A DNA stretch of 63,144 nucleotides, filler included, from Jimgerdemannia flammicorona (Eukaryota): assembly GCA_003990765.1 (NCBI GenBank). It is 2 parts of 2 records of this genome, joined end to end, with 100 filler letters (N's around TTAATTAATTAA, not from the genome) between each part and the next. Parts side by side here need not be neighbours in the genome. Positions count along the whole stretch, not along the records: positions 1 to 31,526 come from RBNJ01000390.1; positions 31,627 to 63,144 come from RBNJ01000391.1. One strand, 5' to 3'. Under the pieces are notes generated by a model, which saw nothing but the letters and a program-made list of their open reading frames with translations, was not told the DNA's origin and searched no databases. The position numbers and the translations under genes were made by a program. Each line of letters opens with the position of its first letter. Within the stretch, counting starts at the first letter, position 1. Below are positions 25,668 through 36,200 of the stretch, in pieces.

Positions 25668-26815
25668 CTGTACCGCCTGCCCTCAGGGCCTCCGTCCTCG
25701 TCGATGAGCTCATGGATGAGGTACTTCCTCCTCCTCCTCCTCCCCCTGCCTTCACCCCCACCACTGTCTCCTTCGAGACCTACATCTCTTCTGCTATCCT
25801 TTCCCTCCCCCTGGACCTTTGTCCTTCTGGTTGTCCGCTTCTCTCTCAGTTCCGGTCGGTTCTTGCCCTCTCTGCTAAGGAGGCTCGTCTCTGTCATGAT
25901 GTCGACATCGTCGCTCCACCTGCCATCTGCTACTCTGTTCTCCCCGAGGCCCGCCACCAAGCCCTCTCCAAAGAGATTCATGCTGCCACTGCCACCGCCA
26001 AGCTCGCCACCGCTGATGCCGCCACTGCTTCCGCCGCCACCGCTTCCGCCTCCTTCCAACGTGCCTGTGCCACTTTCATGGCCTTCACCTCCTCCCGCCT
26101 TTTGGATACTGCCCCCTTCTGTGGCTTCGCCATCCAAGACATTCCTTTGGTCGCCGCCGACATTAACGTTGTATGTCATTTCCTCCTCACCGGCACCTCT
26201 TTTGTTGCTCGCCTTCATGAGCAGGAGTCATCATGTGCCGCCGCTGCTGCTCGCGCTGCCGCCACTGCTCCTCTGCCTGCCTCCCCCGAGGTTTCGGTCT
26301 CCGAGGCCATCCATGCCGAAGCTCGCGCTGCTGCTCATGCTGAGGTTCGTTCCTTCGCCACTGCTGCCGCCAAGGCCCCCTCCAAGACCCCCGCCAAGAC
26401 TCCCGCCCAGCCCAACCAGGCTTCGTTGGCCTCTTCTCAGTCCCCCTCCCCCGCCAAGGCTTCCTCCTCCATTCCCCCTGCCCCTAAGCATGGCCGCCAA
26501 CTTGGTTCTCGCCCTGTCAGGGCCTGGCCTTACGCTGTCTGCTCCAGTCACCTCCACCATGCCTACTGGTACCTGGCCAAGTCCATCTGTCCCCATGGTG
26601 GTGTTCCTCGCGCTGCTGCCCCTTCGGCTGCTCGCTCGCCCTCGGCCTCCTCTACCAGTTCCTCCTCCGCCTCCTCTCCCTGTGCCCCTGAATGTAAGGG
26701 CTACACAAAAGCCTGTGGCCACAAGGTCTGGCACTCTGATGGGGTGTGCTCTCGTTCGTCGAGTTCACCACCTTCAAAAAAAGTCAGAGGGAAGGGGAAG
26801 GCCTCCCACTCTTAA
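25595..26815 (+). CDS. PLE ORF1, ~406 aa; Ala-rich helical middle, Cys/His clusters and basic C-terminus; function unknown
   Basis: Uninterrupted ORF (track 25532-26815). The ATG at 25532 is not present in the other pLTR copies (ACG/ACA), whereas ATG 25595 is conserved in all three and follows the TATA-like box. Confidence 0.75.
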   Translation: MSSVRFDTGSGFALLAPTGPSSSSAVPPALRASVLVDELMDEVLPPPPPPPAFTPTTVSFETYISSAILSLPLDLCPSGCPLLSQFRSVLALSAKEARLCHDVDIVAPPAICYSVLPEARHQALSKEIHAATATAKLATADAATASAATASASFQRACATFMAFTSSRLLDTAPFCGFAIQDIPLVAADINVVCHFLLTGTSFVARLHEQESSCAAAAARAAATAPLPASPEVSVSEAIHAEARAAAHAEVRSFATAAAKAPSKTPAKTPAQPNQASLASSQSPSPAKASSSIPPAPKHGRQLGSRPVRAWPYAVCSSHLHHAYWYLAKSICPHGGVPRAAAPSAARSPSASSTSSSSASSPCAPECKGYTKACGHKVWHSDGVCSRSSSSPPSKKVRGKGKASHS

Positions 26816-26901
26816 ACTTCCCCCCAGTGTGGTTCTCCCCTGGTGTCCCCGTCCCTTCTCGGATTCTGTTGTTGCTTCTGGTGCACCCTGAGTGGTTCCT
26901 C

Positions 26902-28830
26902 ATGCTGTTCCCCCTTCGTCTTTCCCAGTTGCTTGTCCCGAACTTTCGGGTTTATTCTTCTCTTGGAACACTTTTGTCTCCTCCTTTTTCTTCAGCTGAC
27001 TGCCCCCTTTCTCCCCTTCAAGTCTTTGTCTTATCCTTGGGTCCTTGCTTTGTTTTTCCTGCGACTCCCTCACAATTCTCCTTCACTGATCTGGCTCATC
27101 TAATATGTTTTCGTCGTGCTCTTGACCTTGCCATTTTCTTTCAAGATCGTGGTGAGATGCCCTCTCGCTATTTTGTTCCTAGCGATTGGGTCCCCCCTCC
27201 CAATGTCTCTTTACACTGCGTATTCCTCGACATGGCCTGCTCACTATCCGTTCCTGGACGAGCTCGCTCTTGCTTGGTTTCGGACCATGCCATGCGTACC
27301 ACGCTTAAATCGGTCAAGCAATTGCCTATGCATTTGCTCACAGTCACTAATAAGAATCAGGGTTTTGCACTTATTCCTAAGTCGCTCTACCTTAATGGCC
27401 TTTCTGCCCTCCTTCAAGCCATGGCTTATGAGCCTAGTGCTCTTGGATTGGATGAGATTCTCACTCTTCTTCGGGTTTCTCTGACTCATGCTAGATTGCT
27501 TTCGGATTCCCTGCACGCGAACCCTATTTTTAACTTCTTCCAGGACTCTTTGTCCTTCTCAGATATCTCTCTTCTGGTTTTCTATGCTCTTCCTAAAGTT
27601 CACAAGCCTACTTTGGCTTGGTGTCCTATTACGGCTGCCTACAGTTCTCCTACCACCGAGATTTCGAAGTGGTTATCCCACTTCTTTCTCTCCTGGATGG
27701 CTCTCTTACAACACCGTCTTGGGCCTGAGTATACTATTCTTCATGATACTCAGGAGCTCGCCCATCTCTGCTCCACCATTGTGTCTGTTCACCGTTTTTC
27801 CCATTTGGCCTCTGGTGACTTCTCTTCCTTCTATACTGCTATTCGTTTTGATGAGATCGATGATTGCCTTCGCTTCTTGAGTTCCTTGGTTTTTCCCTTG
27901 GATTCCCCAGTTTCGCTGGCTTCCATTGTTGAGCTTACGCTCCTCGTCTGTGGCTCTAATTATTTTGAGTCAGCCCTTGGCTCCTTTCACCAGACTTCTG
28001 GTATTGCCATGGGAACGAATTGTGCCCCCACTCTTACCAACCTCGTTGGCCTGGCCCATGAATTGTGTGCGTTACATGATATTACTTCACCTCTTTCCAT
28101 TGCGTTCCAGGCTGGGGATATCTTCTTTTGCTGATACATTGATGACTTTATTGCCTTCGCTGTTGCTGGTATTGATATCCCTAGTGTGTTCCTGGGTGTC
28201 TACTCTCCCCATCATTCTATTACTTGGGTGTGCGGTATGACTAGTATTCCCTTTTTGGACCTTTCCATTTCTCTTTCTCCTTTCCGAACTGTTGTTTATT
28301 CCCATTTTTCCCGTTCCCAATAGTTCCCTGACTTCTTGTCCAACCATCCTCATCGCACTCTTCTTGAATGTGTTCGTGGTGAGGCTCGTCGTCTTGCACT
28401 ATGCTGCTCCCATCATTCTGATTGGATGTCTGCTGTTCAGGTTCTTGGCAACTTCGTGGTCCATCGTCGTGCCTACCCTATTTCTATCATTCGCGATCTG
28501 CTTACTTCTGTTGAATGGTCTGTTGTTCGCTCTTCCCTCCTCTCTCCCCTTTACCCCCCCTCCCTTCCCTCTCTCCCTCCTTACCCTATCTGTACCCCCT
28601 CTTCTTTCCCACCCCCGATTCTCGTCGTACCATTTGATTGTGCTCGCTGGGTTGCTCAACGCCCTGATACTGTCCTGCACTCTTCTCTTTCACGCCATGG
28701 ACTTTCATCTCTTTCCTGACACCCTCTGATTGCTCGTTCGCGTCTTTCTTCTGTTTCTTCTTCAATCCATCGCTCTCGTTTTGCGTTTTCGTCACCTTCT
28801 GGTGCCTCCAGTTCTGCCGGAGAGGATTAA
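26902..28830 (+). pseudogene. PLE reverse transcriptase (~642 codons) with three in-frame stops and no endonuclease domain
   Basis: FYALPKVHKP..WCPITAAYSSPT, SGDFSSFYTAI, FHQTSGIAMGTNCAPTLTNL, *YIDD (likely CGA>TGA at 28132), IPFLDLSI and SNHP thumb-like region. One frame throughout, with stops at 28132, 28321 and 28717. Confidence 0.9.
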
Positions 28831-29327
28831 AAAACATCCTTGCCCCCTCCAGGGTCTCGCGCTCGCTCTGGGGTCTCGGCCTTACTCCGCTCCCCTCTGC
28901 TGCCTTCGGCCCCTCGCTTTGCTCAGGCTCGCTGCAGCTCGCTCCGTTTCGGCCTCATCCCTTGCTCGCACCACCCCTCCGGGGTCTGTGGATGTTTTTT
29001 AATCTCGATTTGGATTTGTTTTATTTGTGTTTGTTTGTGATTTTTATCCTGCAACTGGGATTGGCTCCCCCTTTATCTCTGCTTATCTCTGGTGGTCATG
29101 TGGTTCCTAATTCGGTTCGCCCCAAGTTGTGGCGTGTCCTCCCTTTTGGGACATCGTATTTTGTATATAAGGACCACGTTTTTACATGGCAATAAACGGC
29201 TGATGCATTTTCAGTTACATTCTTTGTTCATCCCCCTTATACACGCCTTTCCACATGTCTTCCATTCGCTTTGATACTGGCTCTGGGTTCACTCTCTTGG
29301 CTCCCGCTGGGCCTTCTTCCTCCTCTG
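28825..29327 (+). repeat. 3' pseudo-LTR
   Basis: Begins GATTAAAAAACATCC (overlapping the RT stop codon) and ends ...GGGCCTTCTTCCTCCTCTG. Confidence 0.92.
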
Positions 29328-29583
29328 AGTAGAGGACTTATATGTAAGACAGTCAGCTATAGAATTCCTATAAATAGTATTTAGTAATATTATATAATAT
29401 ATAATTTTTTTAAAAAAAATAATAAAGATAATTAGTCAGAAATCTATATAGAAATATGTATCTATCAAAATTTCTATATTTAATTAGTATAATTATTATC
29501 TACTATACTAATAGTAAAACTATATGAATACTTTTCAAAAATAGCTAGTAAAAAATTATTATCAACTATTATATATATATTTA
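29328..29583 (+). repeat. Right copy of the ~250-bp flanking duplication
   Basis: Near-identical to 24587-24838 (a few substitutions and one 4-bp indel). Confidence 0.92.
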
Positions 29584-30330
29584 AGTCTAAGCTAAGAATA
29601 ATCAAAATTAAAAATAATAATAATAATATAAAATATCTATCATTAAAAGATAAGAGTAAGTAAAAACTAAAATATAAGTCTAAAAATGAGTTCTATTTCT
29701 TAAAAAGTTATTAGAATATATTAAAAAGTCTCAAATAATATTATAAGAATTATATAAGCTATACTAATATATAAATATATATAATAATATTTAAAATAAA
29801 TTAAATTAAATCAAATTTGACCCCAATTCAATTTGAGTATTAATTTAAACCTTAATTTTCAAAATTCAATAACTTAATAAAAATATATCTAAATTTGACA
29901 AAATTTAGCTTATTAAATTTTTTTATTTAGAAGAATTTAGTATAATAAAGATTATCAAATTTAGATATATTTTAGTTGAGTTATTATATTTTAAAGTTTA
30001 ACTCTTAATTTTAAATTAATTAGATCTCAATTTGATTCAAATTAAATTAAATCAAATCTTAATTCAATTAAAAAATTCTAATTCAAATCAACTTTAATTT
30101 AATTTGATTTAAATTAATTCAATTTATTTAGGAATATTATCTCTGATAATAAGTCTTATATATATAATGAGACCATTCAATTTTCTAACAACCAAAGGTA
30201 AAAACAAATAATAAATAAAGAATATAATTTACTTATCAAGAATATATGAAATCTAATATCTCTTCTATCAAACTGATAAGCAATCAGATCATATTAAGTA
30301 TATAAGATGTATAAGAGTAATAGAAGTAGG

Positions 30331-31526
30331 AATGCCCCTTTCTCCACTACCTTACTGGTCACAAGATTTGGTAGGCAACCTTCCGAGTCCCCTTTCCCCT
30401 ATTATTACCCCCTCTACCTCGGGTTGGTTTGCTGTGCCTGCATGGGCATGGTGGGAGGAGGGCAATGGTGATGAGTTGCCCCTTTATCGGTGTCAGATCG
30501 GTGTCTTTTCCACTTTTTCGCGGTTTCTGGTATCTTCAGCTGTGTCTGGAGTGCATCTGTTTTGGTGCGGCACCTTCTTCCTTTTGCCATTGCCAACAAG
30601 GTGCTGTCTCGGTATATCTCGGGCTATGTAGAGAGTCAGCCGACCTTGGGCGTCAAGTGCTCAGTGTAGGTTACCTGCAGGTTCTCGGTGCCTGTGGTGG
30701 GGCCCTCTGGCTTTGGCGAGCTTCCTGGCGAGTGCAGTTCTAGTATAGGTGACTACTTTTCAGGTGATGTCGGGATGGGAGGGGAGATGGCCGTCACAGA
30801 TAGGAGGAAGGGCGATTATGGTAAACCAGTAGGGTGCCAGGCTGGGGGCGGTCATCGGGGCTGGGGTGGACAATATTTCAGTGGGGCCTTTCGATTGGCT
30901 GGTAGGGGGTGGGGTGGTGCAGGGGCCGGTATCCTGGCTGTACTCAACTGGAACCGGGAGCTGACGCGGTAATGCGATCGAGGCCCACAGGCTTGGGGAG
31001 TGGGACCTTCCTCATTTGGCAGTACCTGACTGGAACCGGGAGCTGACACGGCAACGTAATCGAGGCCCGCAGGCTCGGGGAGTGGGAGTGGGGTCTTTTC
31101 AGGCCCTAGCTCATGCATAAGTCCTTTGAGGAAGGTGCTGCATATAAGTCCTTTACTCACCCGCTTTGAATCTATTTTGCTCTCTGTTGGTTGGTTGGGG
31201 GGTTTTTTCTTTGCCTCGGGCTTTCTTTTGGAGTTCGGGGGGCTATTCTTTATTCAGTCCCGGTGCTGCTAGATCTGACGCATAGGTGTGCTCTTGCGTG
31301 TAAATGATGATCCAGCCCTGGTGAGCAGACAAGTCTAGTCTATGTCGTTGGGGTTGACGTAGCCAGTGTTCGACAGGCATAACTGGAGTGGTGGGACTGC
31401 TGGACAATTTAGTAGCCTAGGTTAATGGGGGGATATTGTTTGGTGGGTGGTGGGGGAGGGTTTTGGCCTATATAATCTAGGTTCCCTTCCAATAAAAATC
31501 CATGGGACTATGAGTCCGTTAAAAAA
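30331..31526 (+). mobile_element. ~1.2-kb GC-rich poly(A)-tailed element without recognisable RT (non-autonomous retroelement or long LINE 3' UTR); 5' boundary approximate
   Basis: Ends AATAAAAATCCATGGGACTATGAGTCCGTT(A)n. Internal ~60-bp direct repeat (30947-31005 / 31029-31087). Related copies at 24148-24838 and 58825-58871. Confidence 0.6.
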
Positions 31527-31626
31527 NNNNNNNNNNNNNNNNNNNNNNNNNNNNNNNNNNNNNNNNNNNNTTAATTAATTAANNNNNNNNNNNNNNNNNN
31601 NNNNNNNNNNNNNNNNNNNNNNNNNN
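31527..31626. other. Artificial contig-joining spacer (N44-TTAATTAATTAA-N44)
   Basis: 100-bp N block with a central six-frame stop linker. Confidence 0.97.
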
Positions 31627-31704
31627 AAAAAAAAAAAAAACCAATAATGACATCGACCCAAAATTTTAGTTGACAAATCCCCCAACCCACCACCCGCCAC
31701 TCAC

Positions 31705-32860
31705 CGTAATAAGCGCGCCAATCACGAACGTCCTCATCGCCATATTTGAGCTCGCAGCCTCCTTGTACACACCCTCAGTGCCGGACTTATCAAGTGAATC
31801 CCACAACATCTCGTAGACTTTTGCATGCTCACCCGAAAGGATGAGGATGGGCAGGAGTGCGACGGCGGAGAGGAGATTGTTGTAGTAGACCAGATCCATG
31901 GTCGCGCCCTGGACGACGTCGAGGGACCTCTTGATGACGATGGCGTGCAGGGCGGTGGTGAAGGAGGAGAAAATGCCGTAGAAGATACCCAGGGGGGTAG
32001 TCGTCGAGATAGTTGAATGGGTCTCGGTGGCGACGCCGACGAAAAAGCCCAAGCAGACAATCAGGCACGAGACCAGGATCATTACGCTCGAGGATTTAGA
32101 GAGGAGGAGGTAGGAGAGGAGGACCGTGATGGGGAGGACGAGGGCACGAGCAACCTGAAAGAGAGAGTGTGAGGGGATGGATGAAGGTGAAGAATATGTC
32201 AGAGACGGAGAGCACTCAAGCCAGACTAGAATAATTTCCCGACTGTAAACCCAATACGTATAATCCACACTCAAATCCCACATGTCCCTTCACTGATTTT
32301 CCGTCGTAGTCCTTCCTCCTCAATTGTTTTCCAACCAACTCTCTCCAACCCCTCACTCCATTCCCACTCTCATACCTGGTAAAACGACGCGTCGACATAG
32401 TTTAGGCACAAGGTGTTGACCGTCAGCCCAATGACATTGACACCAATGAGCGGCAGGAGACGGTACGTGATGTCTCCCTGGATGACGGGAAGCTTGAGGA
32501 GGCCAAACCACGAAGAGACGTACAGCAGGATGACGGCGATGAGGAGCTGGGCCCAAAGGAAGGTCATAGGGACGGCGATGCCATTGAGGGTCCACTGTAC
32601 ATGATGGTCATGTGAGAGTGAGGAGAGATCTCAGCGTGTTGTGGCATTGACTTTGTGCTGACGTTCGCGACGGGATACGGGCTTTAATCGAATTTGTTTT
32701 TCGTCATCTCGACACGACTTATGGTGTCTGATTTTACACGGAAAAAAATATATAAATATACCTTATTGACCAAGACCATAACAAGGGAGGTGACCATATA
32801 AAAGGACACCGCGAAGGTGACGGTGCGCCATGGCTGGGTCTGCTCGTTCTGGGTGACCAT
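31705..32860 (-). CDS. Nucleotide-sugar transporter, GDP-fucose transporter-like (SLC35C1/TPT family); 3' part lost at the contig end
   Basis: GT-AG exons 32860-32762, 32594-32376 and 32154-31705. Motifs FYMVTSLVMVLVNKW, NTLCLNYVDASFYQVARALVLPITV and DLVYYNNLLS. Confidence 0.85.
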
Positions 32861-34703
32861 TTTAGGTATACAAGAGAGGGGTTGTGGATGGTTTGTCTTC
32901 AACAATCGAGCGAACAGTCAAAGTGGCCACAGCTCGGAATTTCGGAGTACCCCCAGTGATCCCATCACACACTAAACCTTAATTTCGAGGACCAACCAAC
33001 ATCACCAGTGACGTTACTTTGACTAAACAGAAAGCGCCGATAGTGATAGTCGGCGCGAATTATTTTTAGATTGGCCACACATTACGGAGCTGAGCCGTGT
33101 GGTTTCCTGAACAGTGAGCTTCACTGCTGTGCTCTGAGCCATGCCATAGTATCTTCATTGTGTAGTTTGGCTGAGCACCGAGCTTTTGCCATGTAATTTG
33201 GCTGAGTGCAGTATTCAAAGTCACTTATTTAACTATAATATTATTAGTTTAAATTAATTGATATTAGAATATACTTAACTATATTTATATTTATAGAAAG
33301 TAATATATTAAAGTACTTAAATTAATTATAATTTTGATAATTAGAAAAGTATTATTTTCTACTATTATAATAGCTATTAAAAAACTATTATTAAAATTTT
33401 TGATAAAAGATTTAATATCAAATATTTAAAAAGAAAAAAGTTATAAATATTTAATAAAGATTTATACTAATAATTTCTTATATTTATAATAAATATAATT
33501 TTTATAATATAAGAAAATATAGATTAAAGTTAGTATATCTTTAATAATTTATAAACTAATTAATAAGTTTATTTATTTAAAAATTTAGAATATTTTATAT
33601 AGCTAAAATTAATATATATATTACTTTGATTTAAATATATTTTATTAAAATATTATCTAATTTTGAAGCTATAGAGTTTATTTATTTATTTATTATTTAA
33701 AAGTTATTATTTAAACCTTCTAATAAATTTAATATTATTAAAATTATTTTATTTTATTTTTATTAAAATATAATAAAAATATTTATTTAAATTAAATTTA
33801 TATTCAATTTGACTAATTCAAATAGAAGAATCTCTAACTTAATTTATTTGATAGTATTATTATATATTTTATAGTTATTTTAACTAGAGATCTATTTTTA
33901 AAATAGTTATATTATATAAAAATAAGAGATATACTAACTTTAAAATATTATATTTATCTTTTATATTAGTATAATATCTTTTATTAATAGGGGGTTTCAA
34001 AGTTAGTTATAAAATTCTAAATATTGAAAAAAATTTAATCAATCAGATTTAATTTAGAATTCTATACATATCTGACTGAGATTTAAACTTTCTTATAAAT
34101 TAGTTTATCTATAAAAAGATATATATTAAATTATTATTGAAAATATATCTTCTTCTATCTATTATAGTAAAGCTTATAAAGTGTATAAGATATCTAAAAG
34201 GTAGGAGAATGATAATATTGATAGAGAACTATTCTTAATGAATATTATTTTTAACTAAATTATATTAGAGATAAATTATATTAGATAAAAGAGAGATATA
34301 GAGAAGTAATAAAGCAGACTCTTTATAGAGAGATAGTTGGCCTTTAAAGGAAGCTAATATTTATTATTATAATAATACTGATATATATCTGGATAAGACT
34401 ATTAGATCTCCAGATTATCTATATTAAGGCTTAGAACTAAAGTGAGAATATAGAAGAGAAGATTTGAGCAAGAGATAGAGATAATATAGAGATAATAATT
34501 TAGAGTATACTTTGGGCTTTGTTCTTTATCAACTAATTGAATTTATATTAAATGAAAATTCCTATCTAATAATAGCTATTTTTAAAAAAAGATACAAATA
34601 CTAGGATATTCTATACATATCTAGTCTTTACTAATAGAACCTCATCTTAGCTGAGGTTTACAGCTGATAACTTAGGAGATAATAATATTACTGAGAAACA
34701 GAG

Positions 34704-34736
<33 letters not shown>

Positions 34737-35429
34737 GAAATAACAATAATAGCAATAATACTAATAGTAATAATAATATTAATGATAGTAATAATAGTAA
34801 TGATATTAATAATAATAATAATAATAATAATAACAATACTAATAATACTTCTCTTAGCTCTGAGAGGATACCAGTGAGATAGAAAGATGAGAAAGTATGT
34901 GGCTGGGTGATAGGAAAGAAGCCAATAAGACTTAGAGTATCTGACTACTCTCAGAAGAAATTAAAGCTCTTATTGAGTAATGTTTTTTTTGATAGAAAAT
35001 ATAGCAAAAAATGAGAGAGCAAAGGATGCTCTGAACTTCATAAAGAGAAAATAAATAGAGAAGTATAAACTAGCAAAAAAGATATTAGTAATAGAGAAAA
35101 TAAAGGCTAAGACTGAGAGAGCTTTTGTAAAGACTTTATTGATAAAATTATTAAGCAATCTGAGTATATTATAGGAGGATATCTTAGAGTAGCTAAAGGA
35201 TTTGTAAATATAAATTGATTTATATAAATATAAATATATTTATTATTAAAAGTATTAGATATAAATAAGCTTATATAAATTATTATTTTTTCTAATATTT
35301 TAGAGTGAGATATTTTATAAATCTTTAGTAATATTATCTTTTTTATATATATTGTATTTTCAAAGTTTTGCAATATATCTCACTCAAGGCCTCACTAAAC
35401 TTTCTAAGGCCTCACCATACTTTCCAAGA

Positions 35430-36200
35430 CCTCACTGTACTTTCTCTTTTCTAGTCTCATTTCAATACTTATTACTCATATATACTTCTTATTTATTTTA
35501 GTATCTCAACTATACTTTTTGAAGCCAGCAATTTAGTCAGATATATTTTAGATCTCTTTTCTAACTTTATCACTCAATTTAAGACCTTATTGCACTTTTA
35601 TGACCTTACTACATTTTCTTATTTCAATATATCTCACTCATTTTAGTACCTTGACTATACTTTCTACATATTTCAGCATCTTGACTATACTTTTTAGAGC
35701 CAGCAATTTAGCCAGATATATGTATATACTTTAGATCTCTTTTCTGACTTTATTACTCAATTTAAGATCTTATGTACTTTTCTAATCTCACTGTATTTTC
35801 TTATTTCATATATCTTACTCATTTCAGCATCTTGACTATACTTCTTATATATTTCAATATCTCAACTATACTTTTGGAATCAATAATTTAGCTAGATATA
35901 CTTTAGATCTCTTTTCTAGTTTTATTACTCAATCTAAGATCTCATATACTTTTTTGATCTAACTTATTTTCTTATTTCAATATATCTCACTCATTCTAGT
36001 ATCTTGACTATACTTACTTATTCTAACACTCTAACTATACTTTTCAGAGCTAGCAATTTAGCCAGATATACTTCAGATCTCTTTTCTGATCTCACTACTC
36101 ATTCTAAGATCTGATTATACTTTTTAAGACTTTACTGCACTTTCTCTTTTCTGGTCTCTCTCATTTCAATACATCTTGTTTATCTAGCACCTCAACTATA
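35430..36200. repeat. Degenerate tandem repeat, ~4 copies of a ~170-185-bp unit
   Basis: Anchor GATCTCTTTTCT recurs at 35551, 35734, 35906 and 36076, each preceded by a variant of CAATTTAGCCAGATATA. Confidence 0.8.

Larger units (their letters stand above)
24838..29327 (+). mobile_element. Endonuclease-less Penelope-like retroelement: inverted partial pLTR, pLTR, ORF1, RT ORF, pLTR
   Basis: PLE-type RT motifs. Direct pLTRs at 25160-25667 and 28825-29327, inverted arm at 24838-25174. No GIY-YIG domain before the stop at 28830. Confidence 0.9.
23841..30139. mobile_element. Highly degenerate TIR element (MITE-like shell) hosting nested insertions
   Basis: Inverted ends TAATACTTCCAAATAAATT (23841) and AATTTATTTAGGAATATTA (30139), with AAATC/AAATT-rich subterminal repeats. 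These resemble a transition-mutated TAGTGCTC(C)CGAACGAAT terminus. Confidence 0.5.

Noticed and set aside
25428..26891. 487-aa Pro/Leu-rich ORF and antisense ORFs overlapping PLE ORF1
   Set aside because: Shadow frames of a C-rich, stop-poor coding strand with low-complexity translations.
28940..28962. Minus-strand GATGAGGCCGAAAC resembling a hammerhead ribozyme core in the pLTR
   Set aside because: Lacks CUGA and stem II, is on the antisense strand, and is altered in the other copy. No CTGANGA...GAAA core was found by eye.
31527..31626. TTAATTAATTAA palindrome within Ns; apparent adjacency of the TE nest and gene block
   Set aside because: Standard artificial six-frame-stop linker. The two sides need not be neighbours in the genome.
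34700..35200. AAT-rich microsatellite and a possible Myb/SANT-like relic (RVSDYSQKKLKLL region)
   Set aside because: Too degenerate to support a Harbinger-type assignment. The AAT run is probably mutated low-complexity coding sequence.
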